64,000 nt of DNA, from NCBI GenBank assembly GCA_965206645.1, contig CBDBKE010000004.1:1344001-1408000 (forward strand). The letters are read 5' to 3'. Positions within the stretch are counted from its first letter, which is position 1, and every line of letters begins with the position of its first letter. Origin of the DNA: Terriglobia bacterium. Its GTDB lineage: Bacteria; Acidobacteriota; Terriglobia; JAJPHL01; JAPKYU01. Of the stretch, positions 22,769 through 31,096 are shown piece by piece. Below the pieces are notes generated by a model that saw only the letters and a program-made list of their open reading frames with translations, did not search any database and had not been told where the DNA came from. The position numbers and the translations under genes are program-made.

Positions 22769-24079
22769 ATGCCATCAAAGGAGCCACACCCGAAAGCAGA
22801 TGAGGACTCCCGCGGAATAGTGGACCCTATTCCCATCCCGCAGACCACGGCCCAGGAGATTCAAAAGCTGGCCACGGCGGACATTCTGCTGGGGATCCCG
22901 AGTTACGATAACGCCGACACAATTGGGCACGTCGTGCGAATGGCCCAAGCCGGGTTGGAGAGGTACTTCCCCTCCTACAAGAGCGCCATCATCAACTCGG
23001 ACGGCGGATCTAAGGATGGAACTCCAAAGCAGGTGCTCGGGTCCACGGCGGAGGAGAAGCCTTTGCTACAGGTTCCTTACCCCGTGTACCCGGTGAACAG
23101 GCTCTCCACGCCCTATCATGGCATCCCGGGTAAGGGCAGCGCCTTTCGGATGATTTTCCTGCTGGCGCAAAGGCTCGGAGCCCGGGCCTGCGCGGTGGTG
23201 GACGCCGACCTGCGCAGCATTACCCCCGAATGGATTGACCTGCTGGTTCGCCCAATCCTGGAAGGAAGGTTCGATTTCGTTGCGCCCTATTACCAACGCC
23301 ACAAGTATGACGGCACCATTACCAACAGCATGGTCTACCCCCTGACCCGGGCGCTGCACGGAAAGCGCGTCCGCCAACCGATCGGCGGCAACTTCGCCTT
23401 TTCCAGCCGGCTGATTGACCATTACCTCAAGCAGGACGTCTGGAACAGCGATGTAGCCCGCTTCGGCATTGACATCTGGGTGACCACGCAGGCGCTTTGC
23501 GGCGACTTCCAACCCTGCCAGGCCTTCCTGGGAGCCAAGATCCACGATGCCAAAGACCCGGCCTCCGACCTCAGCGCCATGCTGGCCCAAGTGTTGGGCT
23601 CGCTGTTTACCGAGATGGAAAGAAATGTTGCCGTGTGGCAGAAAACCACGGGCTCCGAGGAAGTGCCGATCCTGGGCCCCCGGGCAGAAGTTTCCACCGA
23701 GCCCGTGGCGGTCAACGTGACCCGGATGGTCCAGGGCTTTCGGCTGGGCTACGAGACTCTGCAGGAGATTTGGGGGTTAGTCCTGCCGCCTGCCACCATG
23801 TTGGAACTGAAGAAATTGGACCAAAGCCCCGCGGAACAGTTCTGCTTTCCCGATGAGCTGTGGGTCCGCACGGTCTACGATTTTGCCCTAGGGCACCGGT
23901 TGCGGGTGATGGATCGCGACCACTTACTTCGCGCCCTATCGCCCCTTTATCTGGGATGGTTAGCGTCATTTGTGCGGCAGATGGAGTACGCTGGGCCAGA
24001 AGAAGTGGAGGACCGGTTGGAAACCCTGCGCCTCACCTACGAGGCCCAGAAGCCCTATTTGATCCAACGCTGGAGGTGA
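22769..24079 (+). CDS. GT-A glycosyltransferase, glucosylglycerate/mannosylglycerate synthase-like
   Basis: GIPSY, NSDGGSKDGT, GIPGKGSA, DADLRS, RHKYDGTITN, RQPIGG, FGIDIW. Confidence 0.75.
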   Translation: MPSKEPHPKADEDSRGIVDPIPIPQTTAQEIQKLATADILLGIPSYDNADTIGHVVRMAQAGLERYFPSYKSAIINSDGGSKDGTPKQVLGSTAEEKPLLQVPYPVYPVNRLSTPYHGIPGKGSAFRMIFLLAQRLGARACAVVDADLRSITPEWIDLLVRPILEGRFDFVAPYYQRHKYDGTITNSMVYPLTRALHGKRVRQPIGGNFAFSSRLIDHYLKQDVWNSDVARFGIDIWVTTQALCGDFQPCQAFLGAKIHDAKDPASDLSAMLAQVLGSLFTEMERNVAVWQKTTGSEEVPILGPRAEVSTEPVAVNVTRMVQGFRLGYETLQEIWGLVLPPATMLELKKLDQSPAEQFCFPDELWVRTVYDFALGHRLRVMDRDHLLRALSPLYLGWLASFVRQMEYAGPEEVEDRLETLRLTYEAQKPYLIQRWR

Positions 24080-24131
24080 CTGGAGCAGTTCACGCCCTAG
24101 CCAGCGACGGCAACCGCCAAAGGAGGTGCTT

Positions 24132-24833
24132 ATGTGGGATCACATCAATCAGATCCTGAACCAATCCTTAAGCCGAATGACGAGCGGGATCGCGAACTTC
24201 CTGCCCGGTCTGCTGGCGCTGCTGGCCGTGTTGCTACTCTCCCTGTTGCTGGCGTTGCTGGTTCGCATGTTGTTGCGCCGGTCCCTGCGAGGCATTAACT
24301 TCGACAGTCGGCTGGATCAGTGGGGTTTTTCCTGGGTGGCTAGCTGGACCCCTTCCCGAAGCCCGACCCAGCTGATCGCCCGGCTCTCCTTCTGGACCAT
24401 CGTGTTTCTCGGGGCCATGGCCGGCGCCAGCGCCCTGGACGCCGGTTTGCCCTCGCAACTGGCCTGCCGGCTGTTCGCCTACTTGCCCAACGTGTTGGCG
24501 GCGATGTTAGTGCTGGGGGTCGGCACGTTTCTGGCGCGCTACCTGGCGCGGGGCGTGTTGATCAGCGCGGTGAACATGCAGATCCACTCGGCGCGCCTGT
24601 TGGGCCTGGGGGTCAAGTGGCTGATCCTGCTACTGGCCGGCGCCATGGCCATGGAGCACCTGGGAATCGGCGGGCAGATCGTTCGGCTGTCGTTCGGCAT
24701 CCTGTTTGGGGGCATCGTGCTGGCGCTCGCTTTGGCCGTGGGCTTGGGCTCCAAAGACATAGTCAGCCGCACGTTGGAACGGCAGGCCAGCCGGAGCGGA
24801 GAACAGACCGAGGAACACTTTCATCATCTTTAG
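24132..24833 (+). CDS. TM-helix repeat membrane protein (mechanosensitive channel/CmpX-like)
   Basis: Repeated FLPGLL / YLPNVLAA helices and ALALAVGLG end; follows the glycosyltransferase. Confidence 0.7.
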   Translation: MWDHINQILNQSLSRMTSGIANFLPGLLALLAVLLLSLLLALLVRMLLRRSLRGINFDSRLDQWGFSWVASWTPSRSPTQLIARLSFWTIVFLGAMAGASALDAGLPSQLACRLFAYLPNVLAAMLVLGVGTFLARYLARGVLISAVNMQIHSARLLGLGVKWLILLLAGAMAMEHLGIGGQIVRLSFGILFGGIVLALALAVGLGSKDIVSRTLERQASRSGEQTEEHFHHL

Positions 24834-24864
24834 TCCCGCTGGCTCTAGTCCCGTTGGAGGCCAG

Positions 24865-25599
24865 CTAAGGAGTCCTGGCCTCTTTCATCTTGAGCTCCCT
24901 CTGAAAGTCCCACTCCATTTGGGAGATGACCTGCTCCACCGGGCCGTCACAAACAATTCTGCCCTGCTCAAAGAACAACGCGCGCGTGCACAGCAGGCGG
25001 GCCAGTTCCAGATCGTGGGTCACGATCACCTTGGTTTGCTTCAGCGGATGAAGTAAAGCGATCAGGGAGGCCCGGCCCGGCGGATCGAGCCAGGTGGTGG
25101 GTTCGTCCAGGACCAGAACCTCCGGCTTCATAGCCAGCACGCCAGCCAGCGCGGCCCGGCGTTTCTCGCCGGCGCTCAAGTGATAGGGCGCGCGGTTCTC
25201 CAATCCCCTCAGCCCCACCAGCTCCAGAGCGCTGGCTACCACCTGGTCCACTTCTTCGGCCGGCAATCCCAGATTGGAAGGGCCAAAAGCCACATCCTCG
25301 CGCACGGTGGGCATGAACAACTGGTCGTCGGGCTCCTGGAAGACCAGCCCTACTTTTTGCCGGACTTTCCTCAAGTTTCGCTTCACCACCTGGCATCCAC
25401 CGATCCGGACCTCTCCGCTGCCGCTGAGCAAGCCGTTCAAATGGAGAACAAAGGTGGTCTTGCCGGAGCCGTTGGGTCCCAACAGGACCACTGCTTCCCC
25501 TGCCGAGATTTTCAAATTGATCCCGGCCAGAGCACGAGTGCCGTCCGGATATGTAAACCGCAGATCGTCGACTTCAATGACCGGCTCTACCAGACTCAT
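24865..25599 (-). CDS. ECF Ni/Co transporter ATPase (CbiO/NikO)
   Basis: GPNGSGKT, VFQEPDDQLF, LSAGEKRR, LDEPT. Confidence 0.92.
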   Translation of the reverse strand: MSLVEPVIEVDDLRFTYPDGTRALAGINLKISAGEAVVLLGPNGSGKTTFVLHLNGLLSGSGEVRIGGCQVVKRNLRKVRQKVGLVFQEPDDQLFMPTVREDVAFGPSNLGLPAEEVDQVVASALELVGLRGLENRAPYHLSAGEKRRAALAGVLAMKPEVLVLDEPTTWLDPPGRASLIALLHPLKQTKVIVTHDLELARLLCTRALFFEQGRIVCDGPVEQVISQMEWDFQRELKMKEARTP

Positions 25600-25615
25600 A
25601 ACGGCTCTGCCAGCT

Positions 25616-26371
25616 TCATAGTGGATGTTGCAGGGCCAACTGGACCGCGGTCAGATAAGCCGCGGTAACGCCGAGAAATAGGAAATCACGCGCCTGCCAC
25701 TGAAACCGGTGCCGGGTGGGCAACACGCCGGCAAATCCACGGGCCAGCATGGCGCGGTGGATACGTTCCGCCCGGGCGTAGCTGCGCACAAACAGCACCG
25801 CGATTGCCGCAGCCACGGCCTGCCACCGCAGCGGCCAGCCTCGGCCAGCACCGCGGCTGCGGTGGGCATACCTCATATGCTGGGCCTCTTCGGACAAGAC
25901 GAAAAGGTACCGGTAGAGGAAGTGTACGATCATCAAGAACGCGCTTGGCACCCGGAACCGTTCCAGCGCGTGAAGCAGGTCCGACAGTCGCGTGGTAGCC
26001 GCCAGCAGCAATACGGCCAGCGCTGACAGGTAGGATTTGCCGACGATGGCGGCGGCCGCCGACACTGTGGACATGCGGCCGGAAAACTCAGCGGCCCAGA
26101 CCCACTTCCCCAACAAGGCGGCGCCCACCGCCATCAGGGAAAAGGGCAGGACCAAGCCGGCGTGCCTCAGGCAGTATCCCAGGGGCACGCGGCTGAACAG
26201 GATCATCGCCACCAGAAACGCCGCCGCAGCCGGAAGCTTCAGCGCCAGCCCGTGGGAAGAAAGAACCAGGAAGAGCACCAACCCCAGCACCGCCAGAATC
26301 TTGCTGCGCGGATCGAGCCGATGCAGCGGACTCTCAAGTTCATTCCAGCGGTCGAGCTGAACCAGGTGCAA
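25616..26371 (-). CDS. ECF Ni/Co transporter T component (CbiQ/NikQ)
   Basis: SPLHRLDPRSK, YRYLFVL, RAERIHRAMLARGF. Confidence 0.9.
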   Translation of the reverse strand: MHLVQLDRWNELESPLHRLDPRSKILAVLGLVLFLVLSSHGLALKLPAAAAFLVAMILFSRVPLGYCLRHAGLVLPFSLMAVGAALLGKWVWAAEFSGRMSTVSAAAAIVGKSYLSALAVLLLAATTRLSDLLHALERFRVPSAFLMIVHFLYRYLFVLSEEAQHMRYAHRSRGAGRGWPLRWQAVAAAIAVLFVRSYARAERIHRAMLARGFAGVLPTRHRFQWQARDFLFLGVTAAYLTAVQLALQHPL

Positions 26372-26687
26372 CGGAGCCCCTTCTTCGCGAGGAATACTTT
26401 CCGATGGCTAGCGCCACCAGAAAGCAAGCGGCCGCCCCGACTACAGCTGCGGCCATCTTCCGGCCGGCGGCAGATTGCAGGAGTGGAAACTCGTAATCCG
26501 CCAGAGGGCTGGTCAGCGACGGCTCAGCGCGGCCGGCAAAACCCAGCCGGAGAGCAACCCACTCGAAACCATCCGGCGACCCATCCGGGGAAGAGGAGAC
26601 AACATAAGTAGCTGCAACGCACAACAATAAGGTGGCGGCGGCGAACAACAGGGCTACCGCGCGGAAGCTCCACCGCCTGCCTCTCAT
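26340..26687 (-). CDS. PDGLE-domain ECF accessory protein (NikN-like)
   Basis: SSSPDGSPDGFEWVA, PLADY; ATG overlaps nikM stop (ATGA). Confidence 0.85.
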   Translation of the reverse strand: MRGRRWSFRAVALLFAAATLLLCVAATYVVSSSPDGSPDGFEWVALRLGFAGRAEPSLTSPLADYEFPLLQSAAGRKMAAAVVGAAACFLVALAIGKYSSRRRGSVAPGSARPLE

Positions 26688-27319
26688 GCCGATTCCGCAG
26701 GGCGATGGAGCAGGCCGGGGTTCAGCTTTTCGATCATGCGTACCGTAGCCAGCGTCAGGCCTCCTTCCGCAAGCCCGCCAATGGCGTACATTCCCACCAG
26801 AGAAGCAAGCAGCAACGGTGCGGGAGCCAACTCCGACCAGGCCAGTTCCAGGGCGACCGCTGCAGCGCCGCCGACCATCGCCAGCCACCCTCCGAGAAAG
26901 ATGGCGGCCGACCGGGACCTGCCTCCGGCTTTCAGGGAAAGCCAGTACGGCAGATAGCCGAGAAACACACCCAGCACGCCTAGATTCCAGAAATTGGCGC
27001 CCAACGCCGTCAGGCCGCCGTCTTGAAACAATAGCGCCTGCACCAGCAGGATCGCACCCATCACCAAAGCCGCAGTATAGGGGCCAAACAGGATGGCCAG
27101 CAGGGCTGCGCCGGTCAGGTGCCCGGAGGTTCCCGGGGCCACCGGGAACTGGATCATCTGGGCGGCGAAGATAAACGCGCCCATGGTTCCCAACAGCGGC
27201 ACCTGCGACTCTTCGGTCTGTGCGCGGCTCCGCCGAGCGCAGTAGGCCACCACGGGCACCGCCGCCAGATCCAGCGGCAACCAGATGCCCGTGGAGAGAA
27301 AGCCGTCGGGAATGTGCAT
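26684..27319 (-). CDS. ECF Ni/Co transporter S component (CbiM/NikM)
   Basis: N-terminal MHIPDG, GTSGH, LFQDGGLTALGAN. Confidence 0.93.
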   Translation of the reverse strand: MHIPDGFLSTGIWLPLDLAAVPVVAYCARRSRAQTEESQVPLLGTMGAFIFAAQMIQFPVAPGTSGHLTGAALLAILFGPYTAALVMGAILLVQALLFQDGGLTALGANFWNLGVLGVFLGYLPYWLSLKAGGRSRSAAIFLGGWLAMVGGAAAVALELAWSELAPAPLLLASLVGMYAIGGLAEGGLTLATVRMIEKLNPGLLHRPAESA

Positions 27320-27331
27320 CGGCGAGAAATG

Positions 27332-27365
27332 TAGCACGATTTGTGAATTCGTGCCACTAGTGCTA
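27332..27365. promoter_or_regulatory. Candidate NikR operator between divergent nikM and nikR
   Basis: Overlapping inverted repeats GCACGA-N9-TCGTGC and TAGCAC-N22-GTGCTA. Confidence 0.45.
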
Positions 27366-27391
27366 ATATCCCCCGCGGACGGAGGTAAGCC

Positions 27392-27817
27392 ATTCCCAAG
27401 ACCCGATTAAGCCGGATCGGCGTGGCCATTGACCGGGAGCTGCTGCGGCGCTTTGACCGTCATATCACCGGGCGGGGCTACACCAATCGCTCCGAGGCGT
27501 TCCGCGACCTGATTCGGGGCGAAATGGTCGAGAGCGCTTGGGAATCCAGCCAGCGGGAGGTCGTCGGCACCGTCACGCTCGTTTACGACCACCACGTGCA
27601 CCTGCTGAATGAGAAACTGGTGGATATCCAGCACGACTTCCACAAGCGCATTCTCTCCACGCTGCACGTCCATCTGGACCCGGACCACTGCCTGGAAGTC
27701 CTGGTGGTGCGGGGAAAGGCGACCGAGGTGAAGCGGGTGGCCGACGCGCTGATCAGCCTCAAGGGAGTCAAACACGGAAGGTTGACCACCAGTACCACAG
27801 GGGCCGACCTGCCCTGA
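27392..27817 (+). CDS. nikR: Nickel-responsive regulator NikR (probable ATT start)
   Basis: NRSEAFRDLIR, VYDHH, HVHLD, CLEVLV; GGAGGT at 27381-27386 then ATT at 27392. Confidence 0.93.
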   Translation: MPKTRLSRIGVAIDRELLRRFDRHITGRGYTNRSEAFRDLIRGEMVESAWESSQREVVGTVTLVYDHHVHLLNEKLVDIQHDFHKRILSTLHVHLDPDHCLEVLVVRGKATEVKRVADALISLKGVKHGRLTTSTTGADLP

Positions 27818-27892
27818 GGCGACCGGTCGCCGTCATCGCTTTTGTCGCCGGGGGTGTGCCGGGCGGACGCCGCGAAAGACTTCCGGGCAGAC

Positions 27893-28066
27893 ATGGAGGC
27901 GCTGCTCCAAGGCCTGATCGTTGTCGGCATCCTGGGGTTGAGCGCCCTGGTCACTCATTGGTTCACTCGCTGGATGTACCTCACCTGCGCCGCCTGCGGC
28001 ACGTTGAATGCCCGCCGCCGCACGCTCTGCCGCCGCTGCGGCAAGCCTCTGGGCGCTCTGCAGTAA
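27893..28066 (+). CDS. Small membrane protein with C-terminal zinc ribbon
   Basis: One TM helix then CAAC-x10-CRRC. Confidence 0.6.
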   Translation: MEALLQGLIVVGILGLSALVTHWFTRWMYLTCAACGTLNARRRTLCRRCGKPLGALQ

Positions 28067-28075
28067 CGAGCGCCC

Positions 28076-28119
28076 AGGTTGATATCAAGAGGTTGATGTC
28101 AAGAGGTTGCTGTCAAGAG
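28076..28119. repeat. Three imperfect tandem copies of a 14-bp unit
   Basis: AGGTTGATATCAAG AGGTTGATGTCAAG AGGTTGCTGTCAAG. Confidence 0.85.
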
Positions 28120-28354
28120 AGGCTTGAGCTAAACTATCTGCGGAAAGGTTGAACAGATTCCACTGCTATGCAGACGCTATCACGGTTGCCCCGCCGATTT
28201 GGATGCCGGCAGCAACCGTAGGCGGCGGTCCTGAATCCAAGGCCGTTTCCCGCTTGGTCCCTGTTGACTGTCTGTGAACCTGCCCGCCGGAGGCGGGGTT
28301 TCCTTTCCGCCCGGTTTCGGTTTAATCTGTAAGATGATGGTGCCTGCCGCGCCG

Positions 28355-29293
28355 ATGCACGTTCCGCGCCCGACACTCTTTGCTCTTCTGCTAGTGGTGC
28401 TGTTGCTGCTGCCCGGCTGCCTTGTGCGCAAGCTGAGGGTGGAACGGCCCGGCATTGCTTCGTCGGCGAAGCTGCAGACGGCTTCGCTCCAACAGCTTGT
28501 CGAGCAGCTGCGTGTTCGGGAGGAGCAAATCCGCACCATCAACGCCACTGTGGACCTGGAGCCTTCCATTGGCTCGGTGCTCAAGGGGGAGATCTCGGAA
28601 TTGCAGGAAGTGCGCGGCTTCGTGCTGATCCGCAAGCCGCAGATGATTCGGATGATCGGTCTGTACCCGGTGGTACGCAACCGGGCCTTCGACATGGTCT
28701 CGGACGGCGACGAGTTCAAGCTGTACGTGCCGGCCAAGGACAAGTTCATCGTCGGCAAAAACCGCATGGACAAGCCCTCAGCCCGCCCGCTGGAGAACCT
28801 GCGGCCCCAGCACATCTTCGAGGCGCTGGTGGTGCGGGCTCCCCGTGACGAGGAGCAGGTGGTGCTGGAGAATGACACCGATGAGCTGCATGCCAACTAC
28901 ATCCTGCATTTTTTGACGGAACAAAATGGGCGACTGCTGCTCACCCGCAACATCTGGTTCGACCGTGTTCATCTGCGCTTGGTCCGGCAGCAGATCTTCG
29001 ACCAGCAGGGAGACATTATCGGCGACACGCGTTATAACGACTACCAGGACTTCCAAGGCATCGCCTTCCCCAAGAGCTTTGTGATCATGCGCCCCAAGGA
29101 CGACTACGGCGTAAAGCTGAAGGTGAAGAAGCTGCAACTGAATGCGCCGCTAGGGGACGACAAATTTGTGCTGGCACAGCCACCCGGCGCCAAGCTGCAC
29201 GACCTATCGGCGCAGGACGGCAGCCCCTCGGCCAACCAGGCTGACAAGAGTAACGAGTCCCCCAAGTCCCGAGGAGGGCCCGGTGGTCAATAA
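28355..29293 (+). CDS. Lipoprotein, LolA/LolB-like fold (DUF4292-like)
   Basis: Lipobox LPGC after a hydrophobic stretch; beta-rich; directly upstream of ABC permease/ATPase. Confidence 0.65.
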   Translation: MHVPRPTLFALLLVVLLLLPGCLVRKLRVERPGIASSAKLQTASLQQLVEQLRVREEQIRTINATVDLEPSIGSVLKGEISELQEVRGFVLIRKPQMIRMIGLYPVVRNRAFDMVSDGDEFKLYVPAKDKFIVGKNRMDKPSARPLENLRPQHIFEALVVRAPRDEEQVVLENDTDELHANYILHFLTEQNGRLLLTRNIWFDRVHLRLVRQQIFDQQGDIIGDTRYNDYQDFQGIAFPKSFVIMRPKDDYGVKLKVKKLQLNAPLGDDKFVLAQPPGAKLHDLSAQDGSPSANQADKSNESPKSRGGPGGQ

Positions 29294-30377
29294 GATGGTG
29301 CTGTCGAACCTGAGGCACCGGCCGGTGCGCGCCGGGCTCAGCGTGATTGCAGTGGCGATCGAGGTGGTGCTGATCATCAGCGTCATCGGCCTGGTGACCG
29401 GGTTGCTCGAGGAGGCCGCCCGTCGCCAGAAGGGCATCGGCGCCGACATCATCGTGCAGCCGCCTGGTGGGTCCATCTTGCTAGGCATGAGTAGCGCGCC
29501 GATGCCCGCCAAGATTGCCGAGCGGCTGGGCCAGGAGCCCGGCGTGGCGGCCGTAGCTCCGGTGTTCCTGCAGACCTTCGGCGGTATTACCGTGGCCTAC
29601 GGGATTGACCTGGAGAGCTTCAGCGCCGTCACCGGTGGCTTCCAGCTGCTGGAAGGACGCCTCCTGGGTAGCGGCCTGGAACTGCTTGTGGACAACAAGT
29701 ACAGGGAGATGAACGATCTGCGCGTCGGTAGCACGCGCGAGCTGTTCAATCACGAGTTTGAGGTAGTCGGCATCGTTCAGCACGGCAAGGGCGCCCGCCT
29801 GTTCATGCCCCTCGCCACCATGCAGGAACTGCTGGGCTCACCGGGCCGGGCCTCCATCTTTTATGTGCGGCTGGCCGATCCAGAACAGGCGGATGCGGTG
29901 CTGGCGCGCTTCAAGAGTCTGCTTCCCAACTACACGATCCGCACCATGGAGGAGTACACTTCCTTGTTGACTGCGGGCAACCTGCCCGGGCTGAAGCCAT
30001 TCGAACGCATCATGATCGGCATTGCGGTCATCATTGGCTTCCTGGTGACTTTCCTGGCCATGTACACGACGGTGTTGGAGCGCACCCGCGAAATAGGCAT
30101 CCTGAAGGCACTGGGTGCTTCCCGGGGCTACATCACGAAGCTGATTCTGCGCGAGACGGCCATGGTGGCGGCCGTGGGCATCGTCTTGGGCATTGCCGCA
30201 AGCTTGCTGCTACGCCATGTCGTCATCACGGCCTACCCCGGCCTGAGCATTCTGATTACCTCCGACTGGTTGCTGCGCGCCTCATTGATCGCAGTCGCCG
30301 GGGCGTTGCTCGGCTCCGCCTATCCCGCGCTGCGCGCCGCTCGCCAGGATCCGGTGACCGCCCTGGCCTACGAGTGA
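29283..30377 (+). CDS. MacB/FtsX-family ABC permease
   Basis: ERTREIGILKALGA, PALRAARQDPVTALAYE. Confidence 0.92.
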   Translation: MVNKMVLSNLRHRPVRAGLSVIAVAIEVVLIISVIGLVTGLLEEAARRQKGIGADIIVQPPGGSILLGMSSAPMPAKIAERLGQEPGVAAVAPVFLQTFGGITVAYGIDLESFSAVTGGFQLLEGRLLGSGLELLVDNKYREMNDLRVGSTRELFNHEFEVVGIVQHGKGARLFMPLATMQELLGSPGRASIFYVRLADPEQADAVLARFKSLLPNYTIRTMEEYTSLLTAGNLPGLKPFERIMIGIAVIIGFLVTFLAMYTTVLERTREIGILKALGASRGYITKLILRETAMVAAVGIVLGIAASLLLRHVVITAYPGLSILITSDWLLRASLIAVAGALLGSAYPALRAARQDPVTALAYE

Positions 30378-30379
30378 GG

Positions 30380-31060
30380 ATGGCAGCGACACATATCGTC
30401 GAAGTCGAAAACCTGAAGAAAGTCTACCGCACCGGCAGGGTGGAGGTGCCCGCCTTGCAGGGCGTGGATTTGTATGTCGAAGCTGGCGAATTCCTGGCGG
30501 TGATGGGGCCGTCCGGCTCGGGAAAATCCACCCTGTTCTACATCATCGGCGGCCTCACGCCGCCCAGCGAGGGTCGGGTGCGTCTAGCCGGAATGGATCT
30601 GGCTTCCCTGGACGACGCCGGGCGCACCCGGCTGCGCAAGAACAAAGTGGGGTTCGTCTTCCAGCGCTCCAACCTGCTGCCCACGCTGACTGCTGGCGGC
30701 AACATAGAAATTGCCCGCCACATTGCCGGCACACAGAACGGCTTCAACCCGCAGCAGTTCCAGGAGATTGTGGAGATGCTGGGCATCGAGCAGCGCCTCG
30801 ACCACAAGCCGGCCGAGCTTTCCGGAGGCGAGCAGCAGCGGGTGGCCATCGCCAGGGCGCTGGTGAACCAGCCTGCCATCCTGCTGGCTGACGAGCCCAC
30901 CGGCAACCTGGATTCCGACAATTCCCGGGCCGTCCTACAGTTGCTGCGCAGCCTGAACCAGCGCCTGGGGCAGACCATCTTAATGATCACCCACAACCCG
31001 GAAGCGGCCGCCTACGCCCACCGCATCGTCACCATGCGTGACGGCCGCATTATTAGCTAG
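30380..31060 (+). CDS. LolD/MacB-type ABC ATP-binding protein
   Basis: [33 protein letters not shown]. Confidence 0.95.
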   Translation: MAATHIVEVENLKKVYRTGRVEVPALQGVDLYVEAGEFLAVMGPSGSGKSTLFYIIGGLTPPSEGRVRLAGMDLASLDDAGRTRLRKNKVGFVFQRSNLLPTLTAGGNIEIARHIAGTQNGFNPQQFQEIVEMLGIEQRLDHKPAELSGGEQQRVAIARALVNQPAILLADEPTGNLDSDNSRAVLQLLRSLNQRLGQTILMITHNPEAAAYAHRIVTMRDGRIIS

Positions 31061-31096
31061 ATCTACGGGGCTTCCCCCCAAGCTCCAACCCGCAAG

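Noticed and set aside
27320-27391. Cobalamin or NiCo riboswitch upstream of the cbiM/nikM-like gene
   Set aside because: The spacer is only about 72 nt and lacks riboswitch motifs; adjacent nikR explains regulation.
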